54,855 nt of DNA from Octopus bimaculoides. Lineage: Eukaryota. Made by a program: the position numbers and the translations under genes. The stretch covers positions 51,372,600 through 51,427,454 of the forward strand of contig NC_068989.1 of the NCBI RefSeq assembly GCF_001194135.2. The letters run 5' to 3'. This document shows positions 51,821 through 54,855 of the stretch, piece by piece. A model generated the notes under the pieces. The model was not told the DNA's origin. It ran no database searches and worked only from the letters and a program-made list of their open reading frames with translations. How positions within the stretch are numbered: the first letter of the stretch is position 1; each line of letters starts with the position of its first letter.

Positions 51821-52410
51821 GACACATACATTCTTGCCTATGCGTGCGTGTGAGTGAATATGTGTGTATGTGTATGTCTACACGCGTGGGCATGCTCATA
51901 TGTGTGTGTGTGTGCGCGCGACGTGTATTTTTGTCTGTATACCTGTAATGAATTTCCTCTAGTAGTGTTTTATTTACCACTGACTTTAGTAATTATCATC
52001 ACCATGGCTTATTTATTTACCTATGTACTCACCATCTCCATATCAATATTCTCAGGTAATTTATTTATTCGCTTAATTATCAATTCACTTATTCAACTTG
52101 ACGTATCTCGTCTTTAGGCTTCAATGTGATCTTTTTTCTTCTTTTTCCTCATTTTGCTGATTTTCCTAGCGTATTTCCTGTTTTTGCTTATTACAATTAT
52201 TTTTTGATAGTTTTAATTATAAACATAATTATAAGTGTGACTTAAACTTGTAATTACATTTTTTATGATTTTATAATCTTTTAATACATTTACAATGTTT
52301 TAAATAATTTCATAAATATTTTCAACCTTTTAAATAGATCTGTCCAATATTTCTTCTGTAGATTTTAAATTAATAATTCAATTTCATTTTTTATTTAATT
52401 TTTCATATTG

Positions 52411-52535
52411 TATGAGGGTGTACTGAAAAGTTCTTGCCTATGGACAAAAGAAAATACAGAGGTACCAGTTAATCATGATTTTATTCAGTATATATCTTCT
52501 AAGATTCACTCATTTATTGCAGCCTTTTTGCAGTC
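52411..52535 (+). mobile_element. Mariner terminal fragment (TIR)
   Basis: tatgagggtgtactgaaaagttcttgcc followed by gattttattcagtata, a typical mariner end. Confidence 0.65.
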
Positions 52536-52556
52536 GATTAGATTAAACCCAATACG

Positions 52557-52698
52557 CAACTGGTATTTTATTTATCAACCTGAAAGGATGAAAGGCAATG
52601 TCGACCTCGGCGGAATTTGAACTCAGAACGTAAATACACAGGAAATACCGCTAAGCATTTCGCCCGGCGTACTAACGTTTCTCCCAGCTCACCGCCTT
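52557..52698 (-). mobile_element. SINE family 1, 3'-truncated
   Basis: caactggtattttt...gaaaggatgaaaggcaatgtcgacctcggcggaatttgaactcagaacg...ctcaccgcctt. Confidence 0.9.
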
Positions 52699-52987
52699 GA
52701 AACAAGTAAAGAATAAATACAGCTAAAATTGATATTGTCTTTCAGCCTTACCTTAGATGATTGGTTTATAACTAGCTAATCTTAATACCGCTTATACATA
52801 CATATTCGTTTCGTGTTGAATATCGGAAAAAAAAGATTACTCAGTACCTTAGTAGAGATTAATATCTTATCTTACTAATCAGTCTCCCGCTATTCTGAGA
52901 TTCGCCTGTTGTTGACCGGCGTCTACAAGAAAAATTTTCAATGAAGAAATGTAATTCGCTGATGTATATAAATATACATACATAAAT

Positions 52988-53028
<41 letters not shown>

Positions 53029-53109
53029 TACACACATATATATATATATATACACACACACGCACACACGCACACACACACACACACTAATATATATATA
53101 TATATATAT

Positions 53110-53580
53110 TAGGAAAATTCACAAACAAACTAAAAACGAAGATAGGTGGTGTAGACAACAAACAGATGTATTAGTTTAAGGCTTGGGAAGTGAAAAAGTC
53201 TTTAACGTTTCGAGCCAACGCTATTACAGAGAAAGGAAAAAAGACAAAAACAAGGAGAGAAAAAAAAGCATGTGTAGTAGCTAGCGATCTATCATGGCGA
53301 ATTACGGAGGGGTCACATAGGAGAGCTAGGAAGAAGGGGAGATAATAAAGAAGTAGTGATCCCAAAACTAAGGTGCGTGTGCGTGTTTATAAGATAGAAA
53401 TAGAGTACGAGTGAAGAGAAGAAGTAGGAGTCGGAGCAAGAGAGGAGAGGTGGCGGGAGGAAGTAGGTGTGAGATGGAGAGAGGAAAGGGGTGGAGGGTT
53501 AGATGAAGAGGGGAGGAGAGTGGAGCCCATGTGGCGCAAAGGAGCGAAGAGAGAATATTAATTGCTGTTCACGGCGCAAA
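53110..53580 (-). mobile_element. Penelope-like pLTR fragment with a degenerate hammerhead
   Basis: Minus strand 53236-53198 reads ctttctctgtaatagcgttggctcGAAAcgTTaaagac; the fragment ends directly in (TA)n at 53110. Confidence 0.55.
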
Positions 53581-53752
53581 TACATACATACATACATACA
53601 CACACATATATATATATGTATATATATATATATAATCTAATAAAGCCTCACGCTTACAGGGACTTAATAAGTCAAAACTACCAAAATAAGCACATGTTTA
53701 CCGATCGCGAGGAATGCAACCTTCAAAGCTAACATCCTAAAAACTTTTAACT

Positions 53753-53826
53753 TAACGGCAAACCACTGGTTTCATAATTAATACAGCAAAACAATGCAGT
53801 AAGCTACATCTTTTATTCATCAGTGC
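53753..53826 (-). ncRNA. Second hammerhead copy, stem I shortened to 3 bp
   Basis: Minus strand gcaCTGATGAataaaagatgtagc...gctgtattaattatGAAAccagtggtttgccgtt; upstream pairing is lost at the A/C junction. Confidence 0.6.
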
Positions 53827-54061
53827 ACGTATGGTCAAGACACATAAAGAATAAACAAAAATCGACATGCCCTGATGTACCCAACAACAGCAGCATGTGC
53901 TTTTACAGAATAATATTCAGCACTGAATATATTCTAATTATTTATAATATATTATAAGGATAAAATCTTTTTAAGAATTTATCAATTAGTCAGCGTGAAA
54001 AAAACCTCATAAGGAAAAGAACCATCATTTTTTCCCATAAATATATATAATATAATCTATA

Positions 54062-54140
54062 TAAGGGCACTGATGAATAAAAGATGCAGCTTACTGCATA
54101 GTTTTGCTGTCTTAATTATGAAACCAGTGGTTTGCCGTTA
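54062..54140 (+). ncRNA. Type I hammerhead ribozyme, structurally complete
   Basis: Stem I UAAGGGCA/UGCCGUUA (7 of 8 pairs), CUGAUGA 54070-54076, stem II AUAA-AAGA-CAGC / GCUG-UCUU-UUAU, GAAA 54120-54123, stem III ACC/GGU within palindromic ACCAGUGGU. Cleavage triplet GUU, cutting after 54132. Confidence 0.75.
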
Positions 54141-54399
54141 AGTTAAAAGATTTTAGGAGGTTAGCTTTGAAGGTTGCATTCCTCGCGATCGGTAAACATG
54201 TGCTTATTTTGGTAGTTTTGACTTATTAAGTCCCTCTAAGCGTGAGGCTTTATTTTATAATAATGTCCTTATATAGATTATATTATATATATTTATGGAA
54301 AAAAATGATGGTTTTTTTCCTTATGAGGTTTTTTTCACGCTGACTACTTGATAAATTCTTAAAAAGATTTTATCCTTATATTATATTATATATATATAT

Positions 54400-54735
54400 A
54401 TATGTATGCATGTATAAAATGCAGGATGTGTGTGCGTGTACGTGAATGTAATTTATGTACTTCCACAAATTAGCACGCATGTCGCTCCAAGTTTAGGAGG
54501 ACATTCGTCATGACCCAAGCTGTATTTTCGTAAACTTATTTTCCCCAGAGGCACAAGCGAATAGCAGTAAAAATAAATTTTAAACCAAAAACTTTTAACA
54601 ATTTTCAAGTCGGAGAAATCCACGATTGTTTACAACAGGAGTTAAGTCCCATTCTAACGACGAGTGAGTTTTTATTAAGACTTTTGTTGTCTTTTTCCAG
54701 GGAGAAAAAAAGTGTTTTCTTGATAGACGGGCAAC
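54400..54735 (+). mobile_element. Possible non-autonomous Helitron-like element, 3'-truncated
   Basis: tataaaatgcaggatgtgtgtgcgtg start, acttccacaaattagcacgcatgtcgctccaagtttagg, and an end at gacgggcaac (start of a typical 3' hairpin); recognition only. Confidence 0.35.
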
Positions 54736-54855
54736 ACACACACACATGCGAACATGTATGCGTACAAAAAATATGTATGCAATTGATGTACGTACGTACG
54801 TGTGTGTATGTGTGTGTGTGTGCATGTTGCCCAAATATATATATATATATATATA

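Larger units (their letters stand above)
53640..54390. mobile_element. Interleaved inverted-repeat element A-C-B-A'-B', likely two antiparallel Penelope-type pLTR copies
   Basis: A 53640-53826 = rc of A' 54067-54253 (187 bp, 6 mismatches by my count). B 53953-54066 = rc of B' 54267-54380 (114 bp, 3 mismatches). (TA)n lies on both flanks. Confidence 0.9.

Noticed and set aside
53640-54390. DIRS-type ITR/ICR interpretation of the crossed inverted repeats
   Set aside because: An ICR should read A'-B (the complement of the circle junction), but the observed order is B-A'; there are also no tyrosine-recombinase or RT remnants.
1-54855. CRISPR arrays, rRNA, genuine tRNA genes, prokaryotic operons
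   Set aside because: None were seen. The tRNA-like segments are SINE heads, and the sequence is eukaryotic repeat-rich DNA.

Overview
AT-rich, repeat-dominated eukaryotic DNA from a gapped draft assembly. There are eight N-gaps: 681-1323, 3458-3467, 6563-6847, 21212-22113, 23335-24252, 25219-25317, 27285-27817 and 41138-41420. The SINE families, microsatellite load and LINE relics resemble an Octopus (cephalopod) genome; this is recognition from memory, not a database search. No intact protein-coding gene can be supported. The window is a transposon graveyard: several Tc1/mariner relics, a near full-length Chapaev3-type element, RTE, HERO, Tx1/L1 and R4/Dong LINE fragments, about ten tRNA-SINEs, Penelope-like (PLE) relics and many microsatellites. 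Three signals stand out. (1) Dispersed type I hammerhead ribozyme motifs, including one structurally complete copy at 54062-54140 inside an interleaved inverted-repeat structure (A-C-B-A'-B'). (2) A decayed ORF at 2084-2856 joining a 2A-like (VEPNPGP) motif, a PLE-type N-terminal domain and a Ulp1/C48-like protease segment. (3) Several fold-back elements, including a 134-bp near-perfect palindrome at 29653-29966. All family assignments come from motif recognition by eye.
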